DNA of 63,514 bases, the filler included, from Octopus bimaculoides (taxonomy: Eukaryota): NCBI RefSeq assembly GCF_001194135.2. It is 6 parts of 6 records of this genome, joined end to end, with 100 filler letters (N's around TTAATTAATTAA, not from the genome) between each part and the next. Parts side by side here need not be neighbours in the genome. Positions count along the whole stretch, not along the records: positions 26,822 to 51,174 come from NC_068998.1; 5 more parts are not named here. One strand, 5' to 3'. This document shows, piece by piece, positions 37,334-50,660 of this stretch (within the stretch, counting starts at the first letter, position 1; the number at the start of each line of letters is the position of its first letter). The position numbers were made by a program, and so were the translations under genes. The notes below the pieces were generated by a model that ran no database searches, was not told the DNA's origin, and was given only the letters and a program-made list of their open reading frames with translations.

Positions 37334-38929
37334 ATATGTATGCGTGTTTGGCGCATACAGATACAAATAATCTATTTTGTGGAACTCTAATGATAAGACA
37401 AGAGATACAAATAATCTCTTTTGTGGAACTCTAATGATAATTGGAACAACAACGATTTCGTATTTCAAAAATAATTCAGAAAGAATATACTTGTGGAAGT
37501 TTCCATTAGCTTTCTGAGACTCATAGAAGAATCTGGCTTCAAAACAAGTTCCTGACCTATGGTTTGCGATCCAACTCCACTGACACACATTCATCCATTC
37601 CCGACATTCCATCCAGTCGACGATGTTATTTGTATATGATTCTATAGCAACTAATTGAAAGGGTCTTCGAGCTAGGATTTGTAAGGCATCGCAAAATTTC
37701 AATGCAAATGTTAATTTGTCGGGATTTTTTTTCATGAAGTATTTTGTAACGATTTTTAACGTTTTTTTTTTAAAATTTACTTCTCAAAAAGTAGCAGTTT
37801 CTTACGATTTTCTTTATGCTACGGTGTGTAGATAATAAGTATCATAGAACTGTTTTGCTAAATTAAAAAAAAACAAAAACAAACAAACAAAAACAACCCA
37901 AAACTTCGATCTTTAAAGGTTCTTAACTTTATCATTTCTCCTCAAAACGGTTGTAGGTTTCGTAATTGGCTTGAAAAGCAAGAAATATGTTGCAATTCTC
38001 AATATAGTCAGGAAACGAATCATCAGACGGATGATATTAGTCTAAAGTGCTTGGTAGTGGAATTATTAACCACATAGCCATCCTTTAATCTATGCAAAAG
38101 AAGACCAAAGGCACAAAAAATGAAATGTAAAAAAAATATATATACTAATGGAATATTCCCATGAAAATATCATTTCAGTTTCCCTAACACAACAAATGTT
38201 ATTCTTTGAAAGAAGCAGAGACGACAGTTGTGTAGAGCTGTGATGAAAGGAATTATTAAGCAAACATTAATTTTTATGAATGGATCTTGCGGTTGTTTCG
38301 TGAATTGAGGGCGTCAGTTGTTCGATCACTCATCTTATTTTAGTATAAGTGGTCGAATGTTCCATATACACCTGTCCCGTTGATTCAGACAGAATCAGTG
38401 CAACACTGTGCGCGACAAAGCTGAAGCTCATGAATCACAAGTGTAGTCCATGTGATAGGATTCCCCTCAATCTCCGTCTACTCAGTTTTCATTCACAAGG
38501 TTTGGGTTGGCCTGAGTCTATAAGAGAAAACAGCTGATGTGCTATACTTTGAGATTGAACTCATAGAATTGTGACTGAGAAGATAATTTCTTAAACATTC
38601 GTAGATACTTGTAATTGTTGTTTAGCCCCATATCAGCTTCGATGGGGCAACCTCTTTCATCAAAAGCATTCCACCCACTATCATTTAATCACTTTAAGAG
38701 TTTCCAGGACCACTGCTTTATCTAATGAGTGGTTCTCAGTCATTTTCATTTCGTTGTATAACTGGAGATTATTCAAAGAGTTTCTACAGTAATTCACATG
38801 GAAATTAAAAACAACTGGCGCATTTTGTTTGATGCACTTCGCACGAAATCTTGAAAGAAACTCTGCTTAAGAGTTAAAAAGAGAAAAAAGAAAACTATTG
38901 CTTACCTTATCTTATTAATCATAATAGAT

Positions 38930-39130
38930 AATGTGGATTAGAAGCCGCACGCGGCAAGTGTAAAGACACATTGAGCAAGTGTCTTTTATTATAACCCAAG
39001 CTGACTAATGCCCTATGAGTGAATTTGGTAGATGGAAATCGTGTACATGTCCGTCAAGTTTGTGTGTATGTGTGTACGTGCGCCGTCCCCACACATATAC
39101 ATACCCGTCGGGCTTCCGCATAATTCATAT
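38930..39130 (+). mobile_element. SINE family A, decayed
   Basis: gagcaagtgtcttttattataacccaagctgactaatgccctatgagtgaatttggtagatggaaat matches the family A core. Confidence 0.6.
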
Positions 39131-39299
39131 ATATGCGGGAGATCGCTTTCCTCTGTTTAGTCAAGATCCATACATCTATTGCTTATCTGACGAATTTCCG
39201 ATCCTTTGTGTTTTATCTGTTTTCTGGGAGATTAATGAGAAACACCTGACCTACAAAGACCTTTGGTGGTGGTGGAAAGATCAATCCATTGTTATAGGT

Positions 39300-41636
39300 T
39301 TTACCTACTTCCTGGTCGAACCTTATATAACCGATTGAAAGGTTCACTTCTGCCTCTTTCAACCAAGTAACTGGGAGCATATCTCTTTGGTTTTCAGCAT
39401 CGACTGAATGGAAAGAGACAACACAATTCTTACCATTTCTTGTTGTTCATTGGATTCAGGTTCCTTAGCAACATTACTATCGAATGCCTATTCAAGGTCA
39501 GTATATGAGGTTCGTTCCCCAGAAAGCGTCAGTGAATTTAAAAAACTCCACTGGATAATGTATAACAGCTTCGATATTTTCTTCAACAATGGTGTCAATG
39601 CTTCTGCAGATTGTTACCTCACCGGGCAATAATGACATTATGTCAGTGTTTATATGAAAACAATTTTTGTTCTTAGGTGTCAAAATGATTGTCGATGACA
39701 CTCTTTCAACTGCCTCTTCATTGTCTAAGTAATAATTCTTCTCCCCAAACTTCTCTAACAATATTATTTGTAGATACCATGTTTTGGGGAATTTCTATGA
39801 AGTATTCTTCCAACCCTTCATCATTGGAAAAGGTTCCATTTCCAACCTCTAAGAGGTACCCTTTGAGTCATCTTGTCTAGCCATGCGCATATTTTCTGTC
39901 AAACTGAATTTTGTTACAAAATGCTAGAGATGAGATTGCTTAATTGAGGATTCAATTACTGCTGCATTGGATCCTCTTGAGATGACAGGTGCAGTTTGTC
40001 TGAAGTCTCCACCAAGTAGCATCAATTTTCTCCAGAATGGTGTGAGCGAATTCATTATTTGCCTCAGCAGCAGATCAATGGCTCCCAGAGCATTGCATGA
40101 TAACATTGAAGCTTCATCAATAATTAAAAGATGAACCTGATTTAATTTTTCAGATAACTCTGAAGGGATTCTCATGTGAGAGGTGGAACTATCATGCAAT
40201 GGGACGGGTAGCTTGAGTCCACTGTGAATTGTCCTTCCATCAATGAGCAAACCAGCAGCTGTGCCTGTAGTAGCATAGGAAAGGACACACTTGTTCTGCC
40301 TTCTTAGAGAAGCTATCAATGTGTTGTAGAGGTATGTCTTTTCCGTACCTCCAGGGGCATCGAGGAAAAAGAATCTGCTCTGTCTTTCTTCGTCAACACA
40401 AATATGAGGGGCTAAGAATGCTCAGACTGATCGCAGGGACTTCATTGTTTCTTGGGTAAACCTTGAAATCTCAGTTGAATGGTGGCTCACCGTTAGTATT
40501 GCTGAAGACCATAGCTATTTAATAAACTTTAAAAAATAAATAAATAAAATGCGCCCTTTTAAAGCCTAGCCAGGCTCATGGGACCGGTTTCCCGGTTTCA
40601 ATGGCGTATGTGTTCCCCGGCTGGACGGGACGCCAGTCCATCGCAGCGTTACTCATTTTTGCCAGTTGAGTGAACTGGAGCAACGTGAAATGAAGTGTTT
40701 TGCTCAAGAACACAATGCGTCGCCCAGTCCAGGAATCGAAACCACAATCTTACGATCATGATGCTGACACCTTAACCACTAAGCCACGCGCCTCCACATT
40801 TAATAAACTGTTGATAAATTGTATTTCTATCTATCAGCATTGCGATCCCTGTTCAAGACTAAATTTACAACAGACATAGGTCACCGTTCCTGTTGGGCAT
40901 GCTGCTCCTCACGCAGTCCTACTTCTCGTAATGTCCTGTAAGATGCAGCGTAGACATTGTTCTCTCTGATAATATCCAATCTGTGCATCACCTCAGGTAT
41001 ACATATTTCATTTGTTGCATTCTGAGCCCACACTGCGGTGGCTTGAACGCTGTCAACAACATACAATTGCATAAATTGCCTCTGTTAGCCCTCCAGAATG
41101 CGTGTGTGAAGTCCTGTGATAAACTTGGCCGTGCACTCTGAAGCAGAATGGACCTCGTCCTTGCGGGTCATCGATGTGAGCTCCCATAGATGCGAAAGAT
41201 GAGCAGAGTTGCACGATCTTATGTTTTCTTTGAAGTTAACAAAATGTGGATGTTGAGGGTCTGACAACAGAGATCGTGAGTATGGAGGAAATTCTCTTTT
41301 AACTGGGGGCAGGACTTCCCCTTTATGGCAGCTACTGTTAAAGCATCCGTCTGATGGTCACTCTGAAGCAAAATGCTTGGCTCTACAAAACTGACACAAT
41401 GTGTTCACGTCAACACAGTTATGAACTTGCACATTCTCTTCATTATAAGTATGATTATTTACTAAATTTACATAATTTCCAACTCTTCGCACAATTCTCA
41501 TGGCGTTCGCATTCCGTTGCCTTCGATTATTTCTTCGTTCTTCTGTTTTAGTATTAATTAATTCTTCCATTCTCCTCCTCATTTGCTCTCTGTGAACATT
41601 TGCTTCTTCTTCAGTTTCATTTTCTAATCTTAGTCC

Positions 41637-41724
<88 letters not shown>

Positions 41725-41800
41725 GATCCTCTCTGCTGCCTGCTCTTCCGTTTCATCTTGTCGCCTTTGCGATGCTCTCATCCTTAGATTTGCGAGTACG
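39300..41800 (-). mobile_element. Helitron relic: N-terminal domain fused to PIF1-like helicase, Rep/HUH domain deleted
   Basis: N-terminal pieces MRASQRRQDETEEQAAER, CQFCRAKHF..E...CHKGEVLPP, FKENIRSCNS, QFMQLYVVD and VFSNTNGEPPF. Helicase motifs FFFLDAPGGT(E)KTY, ATTGTAAGLLIDGRTIHSGLKLP, LLIIDEASM, GGDFRQTAPV, LTENMR and ILTPKN. Many stops. Confidence 0.92.
40529..40797 (-). mobile_element. Full-length tRNA-derived SINE (family C) inserted in the Helitron, with 12-bp TSD
   Basis: Minus strand has A box TGGCTTAGTGG, B box GTTTCGATTCC, core GCTCCAGTTCACTCAACTGG...CTGCGATGGACTGGCGTCCCGTCCAG and a (TTTA)n tail. ATTTAATAAACT flanks it at 40517-40528 and 40798-40809. Confidence 0.9.
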
Positions 41801-43490
41801 CAAAGTATTCAAAGTTTTAGTTAGACTGATAATTTATGGAACGAAATCGAAGAGGTAACTTACTATAGAAACCGCACTTGTGGTAGTCATGCTATAAAGC
41901 TGTCGGCAGTCCATCATGAATATTAAACATGAAAGTTACGCAATCTCTGAAGATTTTATAATGCAATCGGCTTATACGATTTTCTTTATAAAATTGATAT
42001 CTTTCATTACTAATGAACTGTACGTAAAATAATGTAACTAAATGTCTTATGAACAAACTCTCCTCTTTTGCTTTGTTTTCTATTTGTATCTCAGTTGGAC
42101 AAGTGCTGTATTCGTTCACTGAAACCGTAAGTTCAAGTCCAACCATATGCATTTTCTTCTGGTATGAAATTTACTAAAACATTTCCAGTACTGTAGCGAA
42201 ATACTATTATAAATTGGTCATTCCATTGCTTATTTACTTCTTCGCGTAAATGTAAGAATAAGAGATGGCAGCTTTCAAAGTAAAAGAAGTGTCAAGGATA
42301 TAACGAATAACATAATTTTCAAAGGTTTTCTTCTATGACTACAGTCAGTACAACCCTTACAGATTTTACATCTCAAGCATCAAACACATCAGAAAAAAAA
42401 AATACAATTTCAATATAGATTATGTATTTGTTGGTTCTCTTTAAAGTTTTTATAATCATACAACATAACCGTGAAGTTTCCATGAGTCCTGCTAGTAAAT
42501 ATTAATAAATATTGTATACATTTTCATCTGTTGGTGTTATTGTTTATACCTAGATCAGACCTGATCGAGATGTAAACCCAATCCAGATTGATTTAGAGAA
42601 GTTTTGGTTGTTTTTTTTTTTCTATGTAAAGCGCCGGCTCTATTTCACAAAACCATCATTGATGACATCTTCTCAGCGAGCTAATGAAAAAATCTATGTG
42701 GTTGTATGACTTGCTGGAAGTAGCGACCAAATTTTTTCTTCAAACACACCTTACTTACTTGAGCTCTTCGTTCCCTATGACTTTTCTTCGCTATTCTTGA
42801 CTCTGGGCTGTCTTTTCTGTTTCCTATAATGACCCAACAAGAGAGCTCTACGTGATCGATCCATCTGGTGGAAATAGCAACCCAATTTTCCTCAAATTAC
42901 ATCCTGATGCTATAGAAAAAAAGAGAGGTTACACTAAATTAGTTCTATGTGCATTGAAGCCATCATCTAAAATAGGATGGTTAGGGTTACCCTTGATCAA
43001 GGTTGACTAATGGTTATAAAGCGACAATACTCATATTACCACAGCAGCATGCATGTGATACCAACGCTCTCGCTTTTTTTTTTTTTTACTATTATTATGA
43101 CAACTTAGCCAAATAAAGACTTCATATCAATTCTTTTCCTCAATTAGCATCTCACACTTAAATAAAAAGTTTACTTCGTACAAATAAATCAGTTAAAAAA
43201 AAACAAAAACCAAAAGTTATTTCGTTAAAAATAGGTTTCAAATAAATGGTTTCTGATTATTTTAGTTGCATTGGTTTATTTCANNNNNNNNNNNNNNNNN
43301 NNNNNNNNNNNNNNNNNNNNNNNNNNNNNNNNNNNNNNNNNNNNNNNNNNNNNNNNNNNNNNNNNNNNNNNNNNNNNNNNNNNNNNNNNNNNTTTTAATC
43401 AATATAAGACAACAAAAGGTCTGAAATAAAAACCCAGCAAAATTTCTCATTACTTTCTCAGGAATTTTCATTAACAATCGATGTGTATAA

Positions 43491-43531
<41 letters not shown>

Positions 43532-43594
43532 CGTGCGTGCCTGTTACAATGTCTGGGTCCTGAGTTATTCGCTTGTGTTTGTGTGTGACGGTTT

Positions 43595-43725
43595 GCAGAG
43601 TGTGTATATTTACGATTGAGTATATGTACGAGTGTGTATATGTACGAGTGTGTATATTTACGATTGAGTATATGTACGAGTGTGTATATATACGAGTGTA
43701 TAAGTATGTGTATATGTACGAGTAT
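43595..43725. repeat. Minisatellite built from gagtgtgtatatgtac-like units
   Basis: Repeated tatgtacgagtgtgtata and tttacgattgagta units. Confidence 0.8.
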
Positions 43726-43929
43726 TCCCATGTACTTTAGTGTTTGTTGTTGAATGTTTCGACTTAGTACGTGTACGTAATATGTTTTTCTATCTACAGA
43801 TAGTTGTAAATACGAGCAAAATAAATAAATAATAGGCTGCTGTCCGCTCTCAGAGAATCGACCAGAGAAAAGAAAACCGAGTGATCTGAGAAGTAAAACA
43901 GCAACAACAACAATAATAATAATAATAAT

Positions 43930-44436
43930 AAGATTGGAAGTGTTATCCTGTACATTGTTTTGTCTTGGTATAAAAGATGAGCTACAGCAAATATTCTGCT
44001 TAATACTTCAGATTTGCTTGTCAGTTGTTTGTCCTTACCCACTTGAGCATGTCCCTTGGTGGCTGATGATATGTGCATCTCTGTTCATGAGCAGAAGTAG
44101 TTGAGGAGCATCAGAGCCATGTGTTGAGAGGAATTCTTTGGGGTTTGAATAATTCACCTTTGGAAACACGTGTGTTTTGTTCAACATCCTTAAACAATCC
44201 TTATTCAGGGACCTTTTGAGAGGGTTGGGCTACTCGACTTGAAGAATATTCTAACTGGGCCCCACCTGCAAGGTCATGCGCTGTTTATCTTGATATGAGA
44301 TCACCATGTCACGCACATATGGTTGTGATGCATGTGCCTGGTGTACCCTTACCAGACGGGTAGTCATGATGTGTATACTGGGTTTCGTATATTTTACCCC
44401 AGTGTCACTTTGATGGCATGCACTGCTCTCTCACTC

Positions 44437-44490
<54 letters not shown>
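43930..44490 (+). mobile_element. Non-coding retroposon / LINE 3' UTR-like repeat ending in (AAT)n
   Basis: ~520 nt of complex sequence between an (AAC/AAT)n tract and a long (AAT)n tail after ctctctcactc. Recalled as a common cephalopod repeat; not verified. Confidence 0.5.
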
Positions 44491-44869
44491 TGGAACATTT
44501 ACAATCTCCTGTGAGTATTTTAAAATTTTCTCCAAAATAAGTTTAGAAACTTACATATCTACAACTTTCTCTGGACGAACACACAAACGGCCATCTTTAA
44601 AAACTATAAGAGACTATAATATCTACAACTTCTGTGAATATCTATCTTTTCCTCTCTCCCTGAATATTCGAAAATGTAAACATACTTTTTATTGTAAGAA
44701 CAGTACAGTTTTCTATGTTTTAAAACCTTAATATCTACAATTTTCTGTGAAAACTTTACACTTCTTTTCTTTCCTTTTCCTTCCTTTCTCCCTGAGTATT
44801 CGAAAATGTGAACATAATGTCCTTTTTATTGCAAGAACACTACAATAATCTACATGCATTTGGGTCATC

Positions 44870-45830
44870 AAGTAGTGGTGTTTACCTCCGCACCAGATCA
44901 AGTCGCAAACTGTTAAGTTTTTCGAGGCTGAAAGCAAAATCCAAGGTGCGCCAGGTACTTCTCAGAGAAATGCTGTTCGCAGACGATGCAGCACTGACAG
45001 CGCACTCTGAAGAGCAAATGTAGGACCTCGTGGAAAAACTCTGAAAGGTCTGTCAGGAATTCAGCTCGACAATCAGTCTGAAGAAGACATAGGTAATGGG
45101 CCAAAATGTCAAGCACGCCCCCACCATCACCATCAACAACTACAAACTGGAGGTAGTCCATCAATTCACCTGTCTTGGCTCTACCATCGCTGATGACTTC
45201 TTCCTGGACTCTGAGATCTACAGGTGAATCGGACAAGCATCCTCTACATTTGCCAGGCTCACTAAGAGAGTCTGGAGGAAAAAAATCTGGCTGCAAACAC
45301 CAACATTGCTGTATATAAGGTGTGCGTCCTTAATACACTACTTTATGGCAGTGAGACGTGGAGCCTTTACTCTAGATAGGAGCGGTGTCTCAACGTCTTT
45401 CATCTTCGTAACATGAGACACGTCTTGGACATCAAGTGGAGCGACCACATCCTCCACACCAAAATCCTCAACCGAGCCAAGACACCCATCTTGCTTCAGT
45501 AGTGTCATTTGCGGTGGCTCGGTCATGTACATCGCATGCTAGACGGAAGGATCCTGTAACACCTCCTGTATGATGAACTAGTTACCGGCAGAAGAGCACA
45601 AGGACGATCTCATTTTCATTTCAAAGATGTCTGTAAGAGAAATATGAAGGCACTTGATTTGGACGTCCTAGTTGGGAGGAGGTTGCAAATAATCGCCCAC
45701 ACTGGAGGAAAATACTGTGAAAGGGAATGAAGAGAGCGGAATAAAAACAGGAACTCGCCATCAAAGAAAGTAAGTCCGAAAGATGGTGAGAGACAGCAAA
45801 ACCACGTCCATGCTCAATCGCTGGCCAGCA
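44870..45830 (+). mobile_element. RTE-clade (BovB-like) LINE, 3' part of RT
   Basis: RLKAKSKVRQVLLREMLFADDAALTAHSEE, ISLKKT, LEVVHQFTCLGS, VYKVCVLNTLLYGSETW and LRWLGHVHRMLDGRI, with stops and frameshifts. Confidence 0.92.
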
Positions 45831-46533
45831 AGAAAGAGAATGAATTGAGCGGGAACGCTTGCTTGTTTAATTCCACGCATGCGTGAGACTACGCATGCGC
45901 ACGGCGTTACTACAACACGATTTCTTCGGGCGCAGATCCATGGCTTCTCGAGACCGACGGATACCTACTAATTTAATCTTTCATTCTGATCATAGACCAA
46001 AGAAATATATGTGTGATATCTGGTTTTTATGTTGACATTTAATAGAGCCAGCTCCGTGCAAACAAGTACGTCCTCATCGAGAATGTATCTTTGTGAATAA
46101 CAAATTGAAAAGGAGGAAAAAAGATGAGAAAGGTGCAGCGGTATTTATAGGTCATACTGTTGTTCTTAGATGAACATCACACACTGCACATGAAACATAA
46201 TATAGATTTCTTTCGATATGACACTTGCTTCTTTTTGTTCAGTAACTGAATTGGTCTGGAACATATTTTATCGATTCTAAAAATATGCACTTCAAAATTC
46301 AGTGCTAACGGAGTGTGGTCATAGAACAGAACTACTGAATCTGATAGGACAGAGATTTTAGTCCCGAGTTACGTTATCTTAATCACTTCCATCATATGAG
46401 CAGCTCACTTGCCTTTCACGGTAAATCATAATCTTCATTTCGCTGACAGATCATCCATGCCTTATATTTATGAAAATGACGCCAAGTAAGTTCTAAGTTC
46501 AGAAGAGATTATTAGAAGTTCCATGTATGGTAC

Positions 46534-46785
46534 GTGTTATGTATTCTTTTGTTCTTTATGGGATAATAAACAACTCACTGAAGGCATTGTTATGTTTCTA
46601 CTTGTTTCACTTTATTTGACATGTTTACAAACAGTGTCTATAGCGGAGTGATACACGCTGTGCGTATCTGCCTTAAACACAGTTCATACTACTTAGTGGA
46701 TGCGCTTAACAAAATAGTACTGCTAGTGAAGATGTATTCATATATACGTATACCTATGCATGCACATAGACATGAACATATAACA
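46534..46785 (+). repeat. Direct repeat copy 2 (252 bp)
   Basis: Differs from copy 1 by scattered substitutions, a 1-nt and a 9-nt insertion. Confidence 0.9.
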
Positions 46786-49700
46786 GTACGATATTTACTT
46801 TTTGATAAACTCCTTACCACTTCTATTGCATTTGCATTTGATGTTGCATCGTTGAGTTTTATGAAATGAAGACTGTGTTTTGTCGTAAAATAATTTTGAT
46901 AAAGGTTTGCCTTTCATTTTGTTTTCCACCATTATATGCATATAAAAAGAAAGATCGCGAAAATTATGATTTAGAAAAAAAAAAAAAAAAAAAAAAAAGA
47001 AAATCTTGGTGTTCAATTTAATCAATCAATTCCAAGTGTTCACTCCATTTCATTTTGTCAAAAGAATATTGATAATCAATAAATAATACCTCGATCCCTA
47101 ACGTCGACTATTCTGTTCTAGTATAGTTTTACACTTTGTTTTCAGTATAGTTAGAATAAATCAAATAAAAACTGTAATTCACTTTTACCTTGAAGTATCC
47201 ATAGAATTTAAATTTTATTCTCGAATACAAACACCTTAAAATCATGAACAGAGAATAAAAGGCTTCAACAAAGAAGAATATTAATGCACACATCTAACAG
47301 ATGGTTAAGGAAGAAAGCATAACAGTGTACACATTCTATGCTGTATATATTTGTGTGCATTAGCAACTAAACTAAGTTCATGTGGTACGTAATGGCAGAA
47401 AACAAATAAATGTCTCTAAATTTTCAGGTGGCCAACAGGTTTAACAATTGTGACCTTCTTCCAGATCAAACTTACTGTCAACATGTCTCATACTGATCCT
47501 GTATGAGGCACGTATCACGTAAACTCAACTTAAACCTGTGCATTCCATCAGCATACTTCCGTTGTTCTGATGTAAATGATATTTCATTCAAAGTCGGAGT
47601 TAACAAACTGGTCAAATGGGCTGCCACAAAGCTTCTACACTTAAATCACTGGCGTGTTTAAGCAGTCATTTCAATCACTAGAATCAGCTTAAATCTGAAA
47701 TAAAATTTACATTGAACGTGTCAGCCTGAATGTTTCTGTGAGGCTAGGGAATGTTTTTATTGTTATAGTTTTCTTGATTTCCCTTTTAGATAAGTGTGTT
47801 GGTCGAGGTTAATTTGTAGAATAGAAACTATCCTACTAGCTAAGGACGTTCGATAATACTCTTTGTTTAGAAATAACTATTTGATGTTCAAATTAATCCC
47901 GAAATAGTCGTCTCAGGTTGATTTATATTCCTGTAATGCATTCTAGATGCAAACTGAAATAACTTTGATAGCAACTGAACTCGGACTGTAATGGGCCTAA
48001 CTGAATACCGCAACACATATTGTTCGATGATCTGAACGATTCTGCCATCAAACAATAAACTAATACAAACTTTAAAAGTACATAAAGATAAAAAGTGATG
48101 CTAATAGTCTAGAAAAACACGAACGAAGGTTGAGCTGACTCTGCCACCAAGTTTCTATTGCTGGTTTTGGTTATTTGATATCACATAACTCGTTAATGTC
48201 TTGGACAAAGGCATTAAGATAATAAATCTCATTTTGTTATGAGTATGAAATATTTTTGTTCGGTCGCTTTGGTGTCACTGATTCGACGCTGACTTATTTG
48301 ACATCATCTGTTTTAATTTTTCTCTCGTTCCCCACCATTCTCTGTTTATGGTTGTAAGTATATTTCTCTTTATGTGTATAAAGAGAGGGAAAATGTTCAT
48401 GTTAATAATGTTCAGTTAATAAATTGTAATCTGTCTGTCTGTCTCTGTCTCTCTCTCTCTCTCACACACTTTCTATTTGTATATTTCCGTGTATGCAGGC
48501 ACACGCGCGTGGTATGAGTGTATGTGTATGTGTGTACATTTGACTCTTGTGCCACAAAGCAGTGCCGTCAAAATAGGTTCAATATCTAATTAGCCATATC
48601 AAGTCGCCAGCGTTCAAACAGCTGCATCTCAACTCAGTCCATTATGTTGTAATTCGAAGTCATGAAGAATGAGCACCAACTGACACATACTTTAGGCTAG
48701 AAGAAAACCAAGCAGCGACCACTGCTAAGGCGTTGATTTGGAAGAGTCGTTAGTGTGTCAGTTAAGGACTTCGTGGTATTTATCCTGACTGTCCGCAGTC
48801 TGAGTTCAAATTTCAACAAGGTAAACTATGCCCTTCATCCTATCGGAGTCGACAAAAAAAGTACCAGTCTAGAGATGCAGATTGACGAAATTTTTAGAGC
48901 ATCGGTTGGAGTACTTTGTGGTATCTCTTCGGCTGTGTGCATTCGGAGTTCAAATCTTACCACGTTATCAAAAAAAGACAAAAAAAGACTAGGAAAAAAG
49001 AATGGTAACACTTTATGTCAACCGACTGACAGTAAAGAGAAAAAAATACTATTAAAAGAAAGGAAAAGAAGAGTATCCATTCGTGTGATTGCCGCCACTA
49101 TCACCTCCACCATCACTACAAGCAGCTTAATCTATCATGAAATAAACGGCATAAAGGTTTCTCTTTGCTAAAAACATATGCTCTAATTCTAGGGCATATA
49201 AAAAATCGAAATTTTGAAAGTTCATGACCTGCCTAATGGTATTAGTTTAAACGGAGAAATAAAATTTTATATTTAGACATTTGTTGTCGTTCGATAGAAA
49301 TCTGCTTACAATCTTTGAAATGATTTTAGGTATTGGCGCAGATGTAATCGATTATAGTTGTACCTAGAATGTGACCATGAACCTATATCAGAAATCAATT
49401 TGTTAAAATGTGTTCTTGTTAAACGTCACATCAATCAGCCTTGATCAAGGAAGATCTGTAGACAAAGTCATTCTACCTCTAATCAGCCTGTTTATTTTTT
49501 GGACCTTTTCTGTTTGGTTGATCCAATTTTCAATCTCTTCAATTTCTGTTCGCATTGATTACGTATTCAGAGTAATGATATACTTTTATATACTAATCAA
49601 TGCCTTAAAATTCATTTTCGCCATAAATCAATACAGTTATTAGCTATTAAAGCTTGAAAAGCTTGGATAATCTTAACCAACCGTAAGCCACAGACACATT

Positions 49701-49829
49701 CATGCCTGTTTCCATAGTAACAAGGCAAACATGAGAACGCTTTTGACTGCGAGAAAGCACGTGTTAACAAATATATTCGAGTCATTGAGGTGGTTGTCTT
49801 ATGTGCTAAAAATAGTAGCCAAATAGGCC

Positions 49830-50660
49830 TTAAATAACACACCAGAGGATGATAAGGTTTCATACTTGCAAGAAAAGGGTGTTACACCCAACAGAAAATT
49901 ATGCCAAACGAAGAAGCATTTTATGATTAAAAAAAAAAACGTGTTGGCGATGCTCGCGCCAAGGGTGCATGGAGTCTGTGTTGGCGAGGAAAGACACATA
50001 GTTTCAAGATGGCACCCTTCCTCTTAGAACTGTAATGCTTTTCCTTTACTTATGGGTTAAGGAATTGACTTCTGTTTGTTTTTGTGTTGAAGAACTGGGG
50101 ATGAGCCATTGCACAGCTGTTGATTATAACAGCAATGCTAGGGAAGTTTAGGTCATTCAGTTAAGGTTGGTAGTCCTGGGAAGATTGTTGAGATCGACCA
50201 AACGGTCTTCTCAAGACGTAAGCACAACTGAAGAAGGGTCCTACCTGACCAATGGGTTTTCAGAGGAGTGTGTCGCGAGACCAGACAGGTTTTTCTTTAT
50301 ACGGTATCACGTTAGAATCGTGACACACTGGAGGAATGCATACATCACTCGATTCTTCCAGGAACCACAATTTTCAGCGATTTGTGAAGGGTGTACTCTC
50401 ACATTCCTGAAATTGATGGCTACTATTTTGAGCATAGAACTGTGAACCACAGCGTTGGGTTTGTTAACTCGAAAGATGGTACCCACACTCAACAAGTGGA
50501 GAGTACATGAGCCTCTGTAAAGCGAGGTAATAAATGACGTTGTGGCACTCACCATTCTATAGTAGATTCATATCTCTGTGAATTTATGTAGCACAGGAGA
50601 TATGAAACTTGTGATTTCATCGAAAAATTGTTCGAATATATTTCTAATTTTCGCTTTCAA
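49830..50660 (+). mobile_element. Merlin (IS1595/ISXO2-like DDE) transposase relic
   Basis: VGSPGKIVEIDQTVFSRRKHN*RRVLPDQWVFRGVCRET...ILPGTTIFSDL*RVY...FEHRTVNHSVGFVNSKDGTHTQQVEST*...DSYLCEFM*, preceded by YLQEKG and LWVKELT...ELGMSHCTAVDY. Several in-frame stops. A 19-bp tandem repeat lies downstream at 50841-50890. Confidence 0.9.

Noticed and set aside
37286-37735. 149-aa minus-strand ORF (MKKNPDKLTFALK...)
   Set aside because: No recognisable domain; it runs through a 44-bp tandem duplication and the direct repeat.
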